A stretch of 64,000 bases of DNA from Tubulanus polymorphus (taxonomy: Eukaryota; Animalia; Nemertea). The notes beneath the pieces are model-generated. The model was not told the DNA's origin and did no database searches. It was given only the letters and a program-made list of their open reading frames with translations. Where the stretch lies: positions 5,208,001 to 5,272,000 of the forward strand of contig NC_134031.1 in assembly GCF_964204645.1 (NCBI RefSeq), given 5' to 3'. This document shows positions 1 through 13,928 of this stretch, in pieces. A program made the translations under genes and the position numbers. Position 1 is the stretch's first letter. Each line of letters opens with the position of its first letter.

Positions 1-727
1 GCGCTCGACACACGGTAACCAACGCGAACGCGGCTCAGATCAAAAACGCATACGATCTCGTAATTTCAGCCGCGTTCAGTATAGTAGCACTCTGATGAAT
101 TGAAATAGTCTATTGCTTAAAAACCCGAACCTATTGAAGACCGATTTTACCTTAGACCCCAAGGCCCATTCATCATATTGATCATGAAATAGGGAATATT
201 ACCCCTCTTATTTATTCGGTTGACTGATTTTGATTCGATTTCATTTGAATTGGGTATCCCTTACAAGCCCACCACACCTGCCGCGATCGAAACAGGCGGG
301 GTTTGATTTCAACCGACGGAGTTAAAACCGGATTTGAATCGAAACAGGTCCAAAATCTTGACACGAAAAAATCAATTCGAACACAGATGCTCAATCCCCT
401 CAATTCGCGATGAAGTAGATACATACCGCTTAATCCGACCCCACGTACATATATAAACAAAAACCTGCTTCTTTCCTTGGTAGTTAGGCTACAACTAGTG
501 GGCCAAGGCCCATTTGCAAAGAAGACGCAATTTATATAGTAAATTCAATGTGCATGAATGCTGCGCATTACATAGCAACCGGCCGGCTGTAATGTTGTCA
601 GATGATGTATAAAACTATATACGTGAATATAAAAAAAACATGTCCTCTCAACTCACCTGATATTGCAGTCACTTGCACGAGTGTCATGAATAGCGTGGAT
701 GTCGAAACGTAAGTGCCGCTATACGCG

Positions 728-773
728 TGACGTCACCATCAACGAGTAACGCTTACGCGAGCACGTGACGTCA
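728..773. promoter_or_regulatory. Paired CRE sites with an overlapping E-box
   Basis: TGACGTCA at 728-735 and 766-773, and CACGTG at 762-767, in a CpG-rich patch. A strong minus-strand donor CAG|GTGAGT lies at 657/656. Confidence 0.4.
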
Positions 774-2860
774 TATTCGTCGTCGTTTCGATAAGGATGT
801 CCCGACCAGACGGACGAATAGGGCACAGACAACGAACTGCGCCGTGAAGATGTTTTCTACAGTGGCGCTCGGGTATACTCGTGTTTACCTCGTTCGGAGC
901 TATTCATTTACGCACCTTTTTCATACGTGCAGCAATATCGCATCCGGTGTAACTAAAGACGTGCTATTTTCCCAGTCTTGGCGTTTTTCTCCGTCGTCGT
1001 CGTCGCCGTACACGCAACGCCTTACCAACGCCGACAGCGTGTGAACGTAAAGTTTATTGTCATCTGGCGTTGATGGAGCTGTTATAGCGTACGATGACAA
1101 CGTCGTCGGTTTTAATGACGCCCGGGTAATAAATACATTACGACGCCGGATCGACTAGAGCAGGACAGCGCGCTGCCACCGCAGAGCTTCGTCGTCGTCG
1201 GCGGCGGTGGTGGTGGTAATTTCGCTAATCTATTTCGCAGTCGTAATGTAGATACGGTTATGATCGGCTGTAACATAGCTGCGACACGTACGCGTTCCAT
1301 TCCGTGTAATTTCGTGCTAATCTAATCGCCGAAGTCACATCTTCGCGTCGACGTTTTTCGAGGCCGCGAGTGCAATATCACCGAGAACGAAAGATCGGCC
1401 CAAAAATGGAAATTTATCGCTTATATAGTAGTTGCGCTGCCTGGTGTAAAAATGATATATATTAGATTTGCTGCGTGGATGACATTGTCGTTGTTGAACA
1501 CGCTTATGATTTACAAATAGAGAAATTATCAACCAAATTTATCGCTGAAAAGTCGCTCAAAAGTGTTTTCAGGACGTTAGAGTATCAGCGAATATATATT
1601 CTTTTCTAGAAAAACTAAATATCAAAGTACTAGGCGAACGAAGGCTTCACAGAAAATATGGCATCTTTATTATTCTATTAGCTAACTTTGCAAATGTCAT
1701 GTCGATCATAGAAAATCTAATATCTTCACTTTCTTCACGTGGTATCTGTTGTACGTCATCGTAAATGTAATTTTGCCTATTTTGTCACGAGATTCTGAGT
1801 GTTGAAGGATGGAAGCCCCGCAGGATAGATACGCGTATACCCAACCTGTATCGATAATAATCCTCTTCAAAATGGCAAAGATAATTTAGTATGAAAGCGT
1901 CCTACTGGGGACATGTTCATAAAAAAAGATTTCGAACATTTCGAAGCCGGAATGACGTAGTTTTCTCAGTTAAAGCCAATTTTGAGGCTTATTCCGACCA
2001 CGATATACTCCGGTAAAATTACTTTTAGTTGTGAAAATTAGTATATTCCTACTTAACTCGGATAGAAAAACATTTATATACGTATCCCCGTGACACTTCT
2101 TCAAAGATAAAGTTCTTTTGATTTAATGGGAAATGCCCAAATTGTCTTTCACTTTCAAGCTTCGAAGAATAATTTGTGCAGAATGTAACGAAAACAACTA
2201 TCAGCGATTCAACACTAATTGTCATTTATCACATTTTATTGATCACGTAAATTCAAAAATAAAATGTCAACAGCAGCGAAAACAATTTTATATCGTACAG
2301 GCAACAGAACAATTGTTTCCCATCGGAAAACAAAACATCTTATGATTTGAGGAGAGTTGAATCCTCGTGAATCTTGATTTCCACGTCTCTTGAGATACGC
2401 TACTTACTGTCAAGATTCTGGGACGCGGCACTTGAATTCTATCACAAATTTTACACGCGCGATTGCACAAAATATCATTCGGATTTTTGGCTATAGAAAA
2501 ATGAAACATTGTTTCCCCTAATCGGCCGGGTCATTTTGTAAACTGCAATAAAATTTGTAATCAGCTCATTTCTATAACTGCCGGGTCAGTTATTCTTGAT
2601 CGTGATTGGAAACAGAAATATACAGGATAGATAGACGGCCGGCCGGGTCAACTTTTAAGCTCAGCAGCAATGAGAAACAGAGTATCAATTTTTTAACCTA
2701 AACATTAAAAAAGAACATTTTTTTCACGTCATTGATGGATAATAGAAATGAATTCAAATGCACCTCGGGGAAATATCGAATATCTCGTTATTTACATAGC
2801 CTTTACACATACGCGATTGTGTTACGCAAATACGACGACACTCTGTATAACTACTGACCA

Positions 2861-2933
2861 GGTGACATTGGTCCAATGTTTAGCACGCCTAAAATGAATG
2901 TTCGAGAGCCAGGTTCGAACCCCGGTGAATTAC
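2861..2933 (+). mobile_element. tRNA-derived SINE head (not a functional tRNA)
   Basis: A-box-like TGGTCCAATGTT and B box GGTTCGAACCC, but acceptor and anticodon stems do not pair properly. Confidence 0.5.
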
Positions 2934-3106
2934 ATAACCGCACATTTGAATCATACAAAATTGTACACAAAAAACGCATGGTTCTCATCTTTATCCCTGC
3001 TATTTGGTACCAGTAACGAGAATCTGGGACGATAGGTTTCACTCAAAATCCTATCAGGAAATTGCACTTAGCCTACATTTTCTTGTACTTAATAAAAACA
3101 AAAGAT

Positions 3107-4344
3107 TTAATACTCCCATTTATATTTCTCCGAATTTGTACCGCTGTTAACGGGACCGCTATTATATTGGAATGCACTTCCAAAATCGGTTCGATAATCG
3201 GTTGTAAAATTACTAGACAAACCGCTGTTATAATTCGGCGGCGACGTCGCCGTCGCGGTTGTTGGTGTTATCGTCGAGATTTCTTGCCTCGGGTAGGACA
3301 CGGTGGAGAACACGTTCACTCCTTCCCGAGTTGTAGCTACCGGTGGTGGTGCCTGTTGTTGCTGTTGGGTGGCGTCGGGGTAGTAGGGCGGCGGTGACAT
3401 GGCAGCCGTCTGCTGTTCAAGCCGTTGCCGACGAAGGCGATAGAAACACCAATATCGAAAGCCCATACCGATAAATGCTATCAGAATTGAACCGACTATG
3501 ATCATTACTTTGGTGGTGTTACCTGAAAAATAGATATTATACGCATTCTATATGAAAACATCGCCCCGCCCGAACATCGATTATCATCGCCTGTATTAAT
3601 GTCACAAGGTGCATCTGTAGAGGCTTTGATACATCAAGGGTGTCTTCTCTTCAAATTTCAGTATCTTACCCCTAAACCACCGTCCTATTCCACTCGAGCA
3701 GCCCGCCTCGTCGGAGCCGTCCACGCATTGTTTCGAGCCATCGCACCTATACTTTTTTAGCAGGCAAGACATTTCTTGACTGTCAGAGGACGTGTGGCAC
3801 CATATGGATCCACTTCTCGCTAGAAATTGATAAGATGATTACAGATGATTTCGAGAAGACAAAAACGAATATCTATATACATTGTTATTGTAACGATTTC
3901 TAAGGCCGTAGAAACGGTTACAACTATATATCTTTAAGCATTACATTGATTTTGGCAAGTTTATTTTTAATTGATTATTATCTCATAACTGTTATCTTAT
4001 TTTTGATAGATTTTGATAATTATTTTTAGACAGTGCATTACGTCATCAACATTATGGGTTATACTAGTTGTCGGTGAATTCATTTCAAGCATCGATATAT
4101 TCAAATCCAAAAGAAACTTTATTGATCTGTATTTCTATGTAATTCATATCGTTACTGTCGACAATTTCAAGTAATATGCATTATTTTTCAAGGTGTCAAT
4201 AGACTTTCAAGTTGGTTTTCTTGTTTATTGATAGGAATAGATATCTAGAATCAATACTACATAGGTCTGTATACATATATTATGATAGTAAGATATAGTA
4301 TACATCATCTTCCTACCTTGAGTCGAATTGCCACAGGTTTCCAT
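3107..4344 (-). CDS. Single-pass membrane protein with one LDL-receptor class A (LDLa) domain and cytoplasmic PPxY motifs (LDLRAD-like), 197 aa
   Basis: Exons complement(4317..4344, 3670..3819, 3107..3522), all GT-AG and phase-consistent, 594 nt. Start in strong Kozak context ACCATGG. Translation METCGNSTQARSGSIWCHTSSDSQEMSCLLKKYRCDGSKQCVDGSDEAGC has six Cys and the CDGxxxCxDGSDE LDLa signature. It is followed by a hydrophobic TM (VMIIVGSILIAFIGMGF), a basic stop-transfer (RLRRQR) and a Pro/Thr/Gln-rich tail with PPPY and PPNY. Confidence 0.85.
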
Positions 4345-7225
4345 GGTTCTGAAATCAGAGGAAATGCAATCATAAATCATACGTTCGAAACACAATGGGA
4401 AGATACAGATTATCGTTACCAGTGTGGATTGAGTCAACTAAACAAGAATACAATACGATACCATACGATACAATTCAATACACTATCTCACGATAAAATG
4501 TGTTAAAATGTATCTTTGTACATTGCGTCAGCAGATGTTAATTTATGACACCCGCAGTTCCATATTTAGGAGTAAACCCTCTATGCGCAACCACGGACTC
4601 TAAAACGAGTCTAAACTCTTCATTTTAGATAGAGACCACAGTGAAACTCGACTCAGATGGGAATTTAACGTCCAGTGGTTCAGGAACTGGATCCAGAGTT
4701 CAACGATATAGACGACAAGACAATGGCTCCCAAAAACATTGTTCTGGTGAATCTTACCATCGTTTCTTCCAGTAAGAGGTATATATGTTAAAAATCAGCG
4801 TACATTCTTTTTCTGGATGAAAAAAGAAAATCTTAGATATGTTACGTGCACCATTCTTTTTATGGAGTTTGGTTATATCGGTGATACACAAATCTCGGCT
4901 TATAAACGATGGACGGAATTATCTGTGAAGTCGTTGAATACACGAATAAAAAAGGATGTGTTGTGCGCACCTTCGAGACTCGACTAGGGGTGTGAAACAT
5001 GTACACATTTAGTAGTTCCGTGGATTCTCTAAAAAAGGCCATCGCACACGCACATGCAGGGAAAAGCAGAAACACGGAAACAAACGTTTGTTTGATCTCG
5101 GACACGTTCCCGACGCCGTGTTTCTCGTAAAAGCACACGGCTCAGGGAAACGACCGCAAACGTGTTTCCGTCTCCTGTTTCCGCGTGTCCCTGCGTCGTG
5201 TGCGTTGGACTTCCAAAAATGGATCGCGACTTACCTCACATACGCATGTGTGACAAACAGCAGTAGGAGTTGAAATAAGCATACATACATGAGGTATCAG
5301 TTGATAATGTATACAGTTGTTCTGATACAAACCGTACGCGCTAGCCACACCCAAACACAGCTCTGAATTTTGAGTTCATCCTAGGCGATCAATAAATGTT
5401 TATTCCGAGGACAAACTAACAATAACGTTGATGATTCTCGTTACGATCATAAAATTACGGGTTTCATTTTAATGATTCGTTGAAATGAGATGATTATGCA
5501 ATGTCATCTTTAGGGAGTTTTGCATATTATGTCCATCCTGCATTTTGCTTCGGATGATTCAGTATAAATTTCTGGGGACAGGGAACAATTCTAATTGACG
5601 GACATGGTTTTTAAAAGATAACCACTCGTCTGCCCAGCGGGGCGGTGAGCACGCCTATATCGGTCTACCTCACTCGCTTTGGACGTGGCGCCTCCCGCGT
5701 TCGAAACACAAACTATTTCAATTGGAAATATTTAAAAATATCTATATCGTCAGCTTTTTTGTTTTTCACGAATATCACAAATTCTGGATCGAAAAACAAT
5801 GATATTTCGATTGTATGCACGTGCATTTGCACGTACTGTTGCATGTTTCTGCCCCGGATACCAATAAAAAATTGTCTCGTCTTTTTCAAGGACTTTCGAA
5901 CTTACGTAAGTTTGATTCGTCACAATAAGCGTTTATATATACGTTTTTAGATATGTGTTTAAGATGAATTTTTCTCCATATGCCGGACAACATTTTGAAT
6001 TCGATTTCAATATTTCATGAGCTACGTAGCAGTATTAAGTTGTATGGGTCAAGGGACCTAGATTCTACCTGGATTTTAATCTCGTCTAACCTACGTAATG
6101 CGAGGCGGTTGGAAGATTCGTGCGAGATGAACTGTATATCCACTGTATAACTTGTATAACTGTTATGATTTCTTTCTAGATAAAGATCTGATATAATGAT
6201 AACTGACAAGGATGTTATGAGAAGATTATATACATAATTGAAATATGATATTGTGTCATATCAAAAGTATTCAAAATTGCAAATAAATATATGCGTTCGT
6301 AATTTTGAATACTTTTGATGATCGCCATTTTGAGAATTGACTGGAGTGGAGTCAATGTACTTTAGTGACCTTGTCTGTTCAAGGGTTTGATAAAATAGCG
6401 CCGCGCAATGGATTTTATTGTCGCGAAATTCGTGCAGTTGTATATGGTTGAACTTTTCTTGCACCTTACGCGGTGTAGCGCTTTTAAATGACTACACACA
6501 CCTCAATTCGACGTGTATTTAAGTTCTTTAGAAGTTGCCTATCTATATAGATGACAATCGCTTGGAGTGTCTCCGGGCAGGACAGGGCAGGATACACAAT
6601 ACCCGTGACGCGTGCTAGCGCAGGTTATTTTGCGGGGCGTCGGGGGTTCTTTCGTTTATAGCTTACATTTCTATGATAATCCGAGTCAATAATCGTATTA
6701 TCAGATATATTCTGAGAAAGTTAGCGCTAAAACCCAGTTGCCTGCTAGCTATGAGTTTTCTCTATTCCCTTACAATCAAATTACGTGTTTGTCAACGAAA
6801 CAAAGACAAAACAAGAAACAATCAATAGAAAACAATATATACAAAGCTTTAAAAGGAAAGAAATTGATTACAGGGCATGTCAGTATGTAGTAGGCCTACT
6901 ACTATAGATAAAGAATTTCAAATTGTCAAATCAAAAGCTGATTTGAAATAGCTCCCCATATTCATAAATCTGATTTACTATTCACATCGTTAAAATCTAT
7001 CCATGAAGGGGTCAAACGTAGTGTTTTCCCTGCTACACTTTTAATATTTCGATGAAAAATGCATTCTTCACAATAATTCGTGCATTACTTACAGTTATTT
7101 CTGGCAGACGCCCAAACAGCAAGCAAACGATAAAGATTTGAATGGTGGTTAGTTTCATGATCAGTATCATTGATATCACTATCAGAAAATATTCGAACAC
7201 GGAGCAAGGGGTCAATACCCCCAAA

Positions 7226-7478
7226 CAGGGGTGGATCTAGGATTTTCCATGGGGGGGGGGGGTATCCAATGAGAAAAAAGGGCACTTTTTACGAAACACC
7301 ACGTACTCCGGATACTTCTAAACCATTTTAGGGGGTGCTCTCTTCATTTTATGCGTTGAAAAAAATATTATAGGTGGAAAACCTTGGTCCAAAAAATTTC
7401 GGGGTCACATTCTTTAGGGCACATCAAATTTGAGGGGGGGGGTCCAGACACCCTGATATCCCCCTAGATCTGCCCCTG
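7226..7478. mobile_element. MITE with 5-bp TSD, nested in a related element
   Basis: TIRs CAGGGGTGGATCTAGG / CCTAGATCTGCCCCTG, flanked by CCAAA on both sides (7221-7225, 7479-7483). The host remnant ends GGATCAGCCCCTG at about 7505. Related ends occur at 9419 and 30808. Confidence 0.75.
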
Positions 7479-7821
7479 CCAAACCCCACTTTGGATCAGC
7501 CCCTGCTACTTATGTCATATTCATACTGATATTTGTCATGTTGAATTTCGTTCTCGCGTTGAATTCATTACAAGCTACGATGAAGTGTGTAGCTCATCTT
7601 CAACACAGTTGCAGGTTTACGAATATTTCGAATAAGCTGGTTTTAATCTCAGATTTTTTTTAGATTTCTCAAATTTTAATCTCAGAGCTTTTTTCTATCA
7701 TTCATCTTTGCGATGAATCAAACACATCGCGTTCGAATACCAGACAATTAAACTATATTTTCTTTTCGGTTCAAATATGAAGAGTGTTCTAAACACAAAA
7801 CCCTCTATCGCGCTGATGAAA

Positions 7822-7925
7822 TAAAAACCCACTAGATATACAGATTAAAAGTTTTAAAATCGAGAATTCATTCAATCGTTAATTAATCAAAAATACACAA
7901 CGTTTCGATCTCAAATTCTATCATT
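7822..7925 (-). mobile_element. Solo Penelope-like terminal repeat fragment (same family as 9575-9844)
   Basis: Shares AAAACCCA...TATACAGATTAAAAGTTTTAAAATC...ATTCAATC with the 9577 arm. The minus strand reads GAGATC-GAAACGTT. Confidence 0.55.
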
Positions 7926-9574
7926 AATCTGTGAGATGAGGGTATGCGCAGTTTGGTAAGTAGACTTCTAGCGTAAAAACCTTGCACAGCCCGCAGCCCA
8001 CCGATTTTACTATATGTTTTTATATTGACAACGGAAAGTTCGATACATCGGTTAAATAGAGACGGAGAAAGGGCGTGAGGTGTGGGAGGTGAGGCACAAT
8101 GTATGTTTAGATGCTACGTCCATTATTTACATAGCAATCATTTAAAGTCACCCTCAGTGGTCCTGGACGCTATATCGCCCCGACTCGTTTGGACAGCTAC
8201 ACCCCGCAGTGACTTTAATGGTTACGCCTTGTCCAGGCGATTCTTCAACCAAAAACCATTGAATACGAACATACATTAATTATAGAATATCCATTATGTT
8301 ATGTCAGTATTGAATATAATGTATACGCATGGATTCTATATGTAAATTCAGATTGTTCATCAATATATATTCTGGTTTGATGCACATCGAAATACGATAC
8401 GATTTGTTTTCATCTTTTTGATGATCGATTCAGATTTAGTTTAGTCCATGTTTTAACCGAAATTATAGCAATTAGTAACAACATTTACGCCATGTATATT
8501 ATGTACTGATCAAGGCTTTATGTAAATCATAACGATAGTGTTGTTTTTGTATTTGTATCAAGCTCAGAAACTAGGTTTTAAGAAAACAAAACAATATAAT
8601 GTATATATCTTTGTAGTAGAATTTTGAATCGGGTCCAAAGGCCGAAATTATGGGGGAAAATTAGTTGTACGTGTACGATTACGAATAATTACACATTAGG
8701 AATTCTAAAACCGATTGCACACATAGTTTCGCTTATGAAGCCAACCAATATTTCCGTAAAATATAACTCGTCACAAGATAAAGTGAAAGCAAGGAACGAC
8801 GACAATTTCAAAACAGACGATGATATATGCGTAACATGTAGCTTATAATACACGAATAATCTATAATGTATGAACTTTCGGAGAAAAGCTGTTGCACATT
8901 TCAAATGGAAGTGGACCACCGGGTGTTGCAGTCGTGCGGTCAATGAAATGTCAGATTGATGGCGATGATGATACACAATGTTGACCGTACATCTGCACGA
9001 AGCACATAACGAGTGCAATGCAGCAGATAATGCGCTTGTGACGCATAAGTATAGGCCTACTGGCCGTCTGTCCGGGCTTACATTTATTACCGGACTAAAA
9101 CGTTTCAGAGTCGGTGGTTATTTTCAAGAATAAATTTTGAAACCGATTCTGCTTTTTTAACATCTTACCCGACAGTGTAGCAGCACCACAATGATGGGCG
9201 AACCTTAGCAAAGTATTTGAACGTCGGAGAAGGATTGTGGGTTACCAGCAAATCAATCAACGTGTTTTGTTTATCATTTTGTCTGTTCGATTTAGGGATA
9301 ATTCAGAAAACAGATTCGTTGACCGGTGAAAAAGATGAACCCGCATTCGTAGGAGAAAAATTTATCGTGGATTGAGTGAAATCAGGGTCCACAAAGATCT
9401 AACATCAAGCAGGGGCCTCAGGGGCGGATCCAGAGTAAAATCATCATGGGATGTCCAAGAAATTTAGGGCCTAGTACCAAACTTAACCGCGGCTACGTTG
9501 CTCCCATACACAATAGAACTTCTAGAACTTCTAAATCATCTACTTTCTAATTGCCACGACAAAATTTTGATATG

Positions 9575-9844
9575 ATAAAAACCCATTGTATACAGATTAA
9601 AAGTTTTAAAATCAAGGATTAATTCAATCAAAAATTAGAATGATACGACGTTTAGAACTCTCACTAGAGATCATCGATCTTAGATCATCAACAGGTGATG
9701 GTGATCTCTAGTGCGAGTTCGAAACGTCGTCTCATTTTCACTTTTGATTGAATAAATTCTTCATTTTTCTAGACTTTAAAATCTATATATAGTGGCTTTT
9801 AAACTTATTATCTGTTCTCCTCGTGCGAGTGTGGTTATTCAACT
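9575..9844. mobile_element. Inverted pair of Penelope-like terminal repeats with decayed hammerhead motifs and a possible 14-bp TSD
   Basis: Inverted arms span 9577-9800 around GATCTC-TAGTGC-GAGTTC-GAAACGTC. Flanks are AAAATTTTGATATG (9561-9574) and AAAATATTGATATG (9845-9858). Confidence 0.6.
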
Positions 9845-12800
9845 AAAATATTGATATGTTTCGTCGTTCAAGTTTAATTTTGATTTTTCCTCAGAAAATA
9901 TTCAGTCCGGGGTTAAGGCCGGAACTTTTCAGGGGATCCAAAACTTTTAGGGGTTGTCCGGACCATTGCTATACAAGTTAAATTGATTTGTGTGCGTGCA
10001 TTACACGTTTGTTCAAGCCGCGCCATGGGTTATTTATACTAACCGTATAATTTCTTTAATTTGACAACCGGCCGATTGGAAGTATAATAAGAGTTATTTG
10101 TTCCGGCGATGCATGTACACGAGGTGAATTACGAGTGGACGTTTGGTCAGGTAACCATGGTTCGCGCCAGCGCGCGCTACAGTAACGAGTACAGTAACAA
10201 TAGCCACTGGCCTCTGAAATAACCGTTCCGTTGGTTGATTCTGAATACGACCAGTACTCAATGGTCGGCAAAGACGCGCAACATCGAGCGAATTGATTCC
10301 GAACGCGCCTTTGTTCCCGTCCATACAGATACACATTAATAATTACTAGTATATCTGCCTGTCCGTTGACTTCTTTCTAACTCGGCGCTTGGACGTTGTC
10401 CAAATTGTGGGCAAAATAAAACACGTTATACCTCGAATTAATCCCTCAAAGTTCACGCCGAGTTGTTAGATTATTCGTAAACAAGTATCTATTTTCGAAA
10501 CCCGCATTATGTGACGTACATATTCGTTACGTCGATAAAATGGTTTTGTAGATATTTTGAAAAATGCTTATTATTACGAAGTGTATATAACTATCAATCA
10601 TTATAACTAATGCATGATAGTACCGCGTTTACACGTTGACATTTTTCCAAAAACTGAATATATATCGTCAAATCCATTCAAAGGATAAGTGCCAAATGAC
10701 AGTGTTATGTAAACGTAGAATATCATCGTAATAAAACAACTTCTTTATCTTAAGCCCAAAGATCGAAAAGGATTACCATTGATAAAACACAATATCCGTG
10801 TTATGTCGAAAATGTTACATAGACCCCGATAGCATTTTCGGACTATTGTTTTTCATAAATTATATTGTGGGATTCTCTCTTGCGTAATTCCTCTATTTCC
10901 GTGTTAAGATATCTATTTGCGTAAACATTGAAAACAACGGGATGGTGTCGTCGATGACGTAATTCAAACGGCAATTTGCCAGTTAATGAATGATTGATGG
11001 TTCGTTTGAATCATTTGTTTTTCACCACAAAGAGAATCGTAATGATCATGACATTTTTTTGTAAACGATTTGCATTCATTTGGTCAGTGTTTTTATTCGT
11101 ATAAGGTAAAAAAGACAGTTTGAATTTTGTTTTTCTTGCCGATGTGTTGTTATTCCATTCTGTTCATAAGACAATCTCCTTCGGGGATGAATTGCGTCCT
11201 TGGTCGTAAATAATAACGCTTGACTAATGTTTGAACCTCTGCCGGTTTTTTCCCAAAATAGAAAAGTCAAAATATATAGATATCGTAAGCGCAAGTTGTT
11301 TTTCGGAAAAAAATAGATCGCGAAGTTTGTTGGCCGATAACTAGTTCCAAAATGTAGTGACTATGCATTAATAGGCGTATATAATCGGTTTTGTTTAGTT
11401 GGATCAAAACATAAAAAAGAAATTTGATTATGTAATTCATTGAATGAGTTACCGTACTTTTTTATTACTTTTTCAATAACCGTTCTCTTGTTCAATGCAT
11501 TCAGTTTACTTAATTAGAGCAACGAGCGATGATGAGTTTATGACAACTCTCATGCCAGTGCTTATAATCATATATATAAGTATAGCTTTTTAGGCTTGCA
11601 CCGTGTTCCTCATCTTATATATATCTTGAACAAATCATTATGTAAATTATGCTAACAATCAAATAAACGATTTTTGTAAGATTTATATGAGATTAAGATA
11701 AGAAATCATTATCATCATAAGTCGATCTATTACTGAATGTGTATGTATCCGCAAATCGGACAACAAGGTTGCTCTTACAGCAGCTCTAAAACAAAGTACG
11801 CACAACCTTTGCATCGTGAATGCGTGTGCATTTGGGTGTAATTACCACCATTACTACTGGATAGGCCGCTCCACAGGTCAATTTCAGTTATCACTTGCGG
11901 CAGACGTGTCTGTCGGTTCCAGTCTGAGCAGCGATTTCTCATTTTCTCAGTACCTCGGACACGTTTATCGTAGATTATTAACAAACCGACAAAAACAATG
12001 ACACAAACTGAAGATATCAACCGTGCTCAAAAGGCGCGTTCGTTTGCGGGCATGTTTGAGCCGTTGGGATAATTGGAGACTTTTCGACACAAAGCGCAAA
12101 CCTGAGCAGATCGGGTAATAATTCACGTAGCGTCCAGGGAACTTTTCAACGGCTGAGCGAGCTCGGACAACTGGTCGCCATTGACAAACCGTCGACGTGA
12201 ATTGGACACAATTACAAAACGGACAATATAACATGGTAACCACACGAAAATTCTCCAACGATTGCACGCTCCGTCAGTTGGAACTCAAGACTCGGCTTGT
12301 CGAGTCGCCGCCAATAAAATCAGGTGTATTTCACTGGTCAGTCGCACTTGCCATTCGGACAACAACTCGGTGGCACAACCGGACGACAAGACAACAGATG
12401 ACGGTGATATTGATTTGAACGCGTTGCAAGAGAAGAGCAGAGGAGCGAACGGCTGTTGCTGCGGAGATACCTTTAGGATTTTATTGTGTCGTCTTCTGGG
12501 GTAACTATAACTGTCATCGATTACACAAGCGAACCGACTTTAAGTTGGAGTTCTTCGATATCTCGAAAGCTTTAAAGATTAGGGTGAATTTAAATAGAAT
12601 TGATATAGCGATTTTATCATTTTGAACTTTATAAACGTCACCATTGTAGAAATAGAAGAAATTTGGAACATTTATGGTTTTCGTACAAGTCTATTAGGAC
12701 AATCCGTTCGGACATTACAGGAAGCCATAATTCTACCGCCATAAGTCGTAACGATTGACTCATTTGATAGTCTATGTTGACCTAGATCTCACGTCATTAT

Positions 12801-13828
12801 GACCTACAACACGATCCGTACGCCGAATAGTAGCGAAGGTATCGTGAACTATAATAGTACATTTAGTAGCGGTCGATATAAATGGTAGAATCGTCCTAAA
12901 AACGTAGATATAAATGAAGCTTTTGGATGAATTTTGCCGGCAGTTAAAATCACGTAAAACTAAGTTTTATGTTTTAAAACGGGGTTTTACTTTGTAGAAT
13001 ACAAGATAAACATATCTAAACATTAGAAATACACTTAAAATGCGCGAAAAATTAATATATATTTTGTTCTCAGTTTTTTTGTTCAAAATTTGTATACTTT
13101 TATTTTGCGCAAGATTTGGTAACTTGTTTTGAAAATATTTCTATAAATTCATTTCTGTTCACGGTCTCGCCCACGTGTACACAACAACGCAAATCTAACC
13201 TACAGTTGAACTAAAATGCGGTATATAACTGTTGCATAGGAACAATGCGTTATGCATTGTGCTATGGTTAAATATGCGGCTGTATTTATGACATGTTCAT
13301 CGCACCATGACTTTGAACCTCCCATTTTAGCAACACGTCACCACTGTCGGTTAAAATTTCTCTTTATCTAATACGGTCATTTGGTCGTCGCCTACAGAGA
13401 GAGGGAGAATAGTTCGTTGGAATATGTACATTATGATAAATATATATATACACGCATTTAACCCGTATGTAAACCATACAGCTGTTATACACAGGTCGTG
13501 GAGCATATTTCCAACGGACTTTCTTTCGCCGACGAACCATTGCGCCGGACACCGTGGTGGACTATAGATTTTCTACGACCAATAGCATGTTACTGCAACT
13601 ATTACACCGAATAGGGGAAGTACAATGCATTCTGTGTCTGGGATATCCTTTCGGTAACGACTACTTTACAAATTGCTTCCATGGAGATACGACGAAGTCC
13701 GCATATGCGGCGAAATCGCATTCAAAGCGTTAAATATTTAATACGTACAGTATGTAAACGACCATGGTCAGTATTAGTTATCGTTATCATATGCATATGC
13801 AAAACTGAGTCGTCCTGGGTCGATATAC

Positions 13829-13830
<2 letters not shown>

Positions 13831-13918
<88 letters not shown>

Positions 13919-13928
13919 GTATATATAT
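13831..13928. repeat. (TA)n microsatellite
   Basis: About 98 bp of TA with few interruptions, about 90 bp upstream of the miRNA cluster. Confidence 0.97.

Noticed and set aside
2861-2933. Possible tRNA gene
   Set aside because: A and B boxes are present but the cloverleaf stems do not pair, so it is treated as a SINE head.
13201-13287. Hairpin upstream of the miRNA cluster as a possible fourth miRNA
   Set aside because: It has a tiny loop and a large bulge, and its TACAG...CTGTA ends indicate a Tc1/mariner MITE remnant. I recognise no mature sequence.
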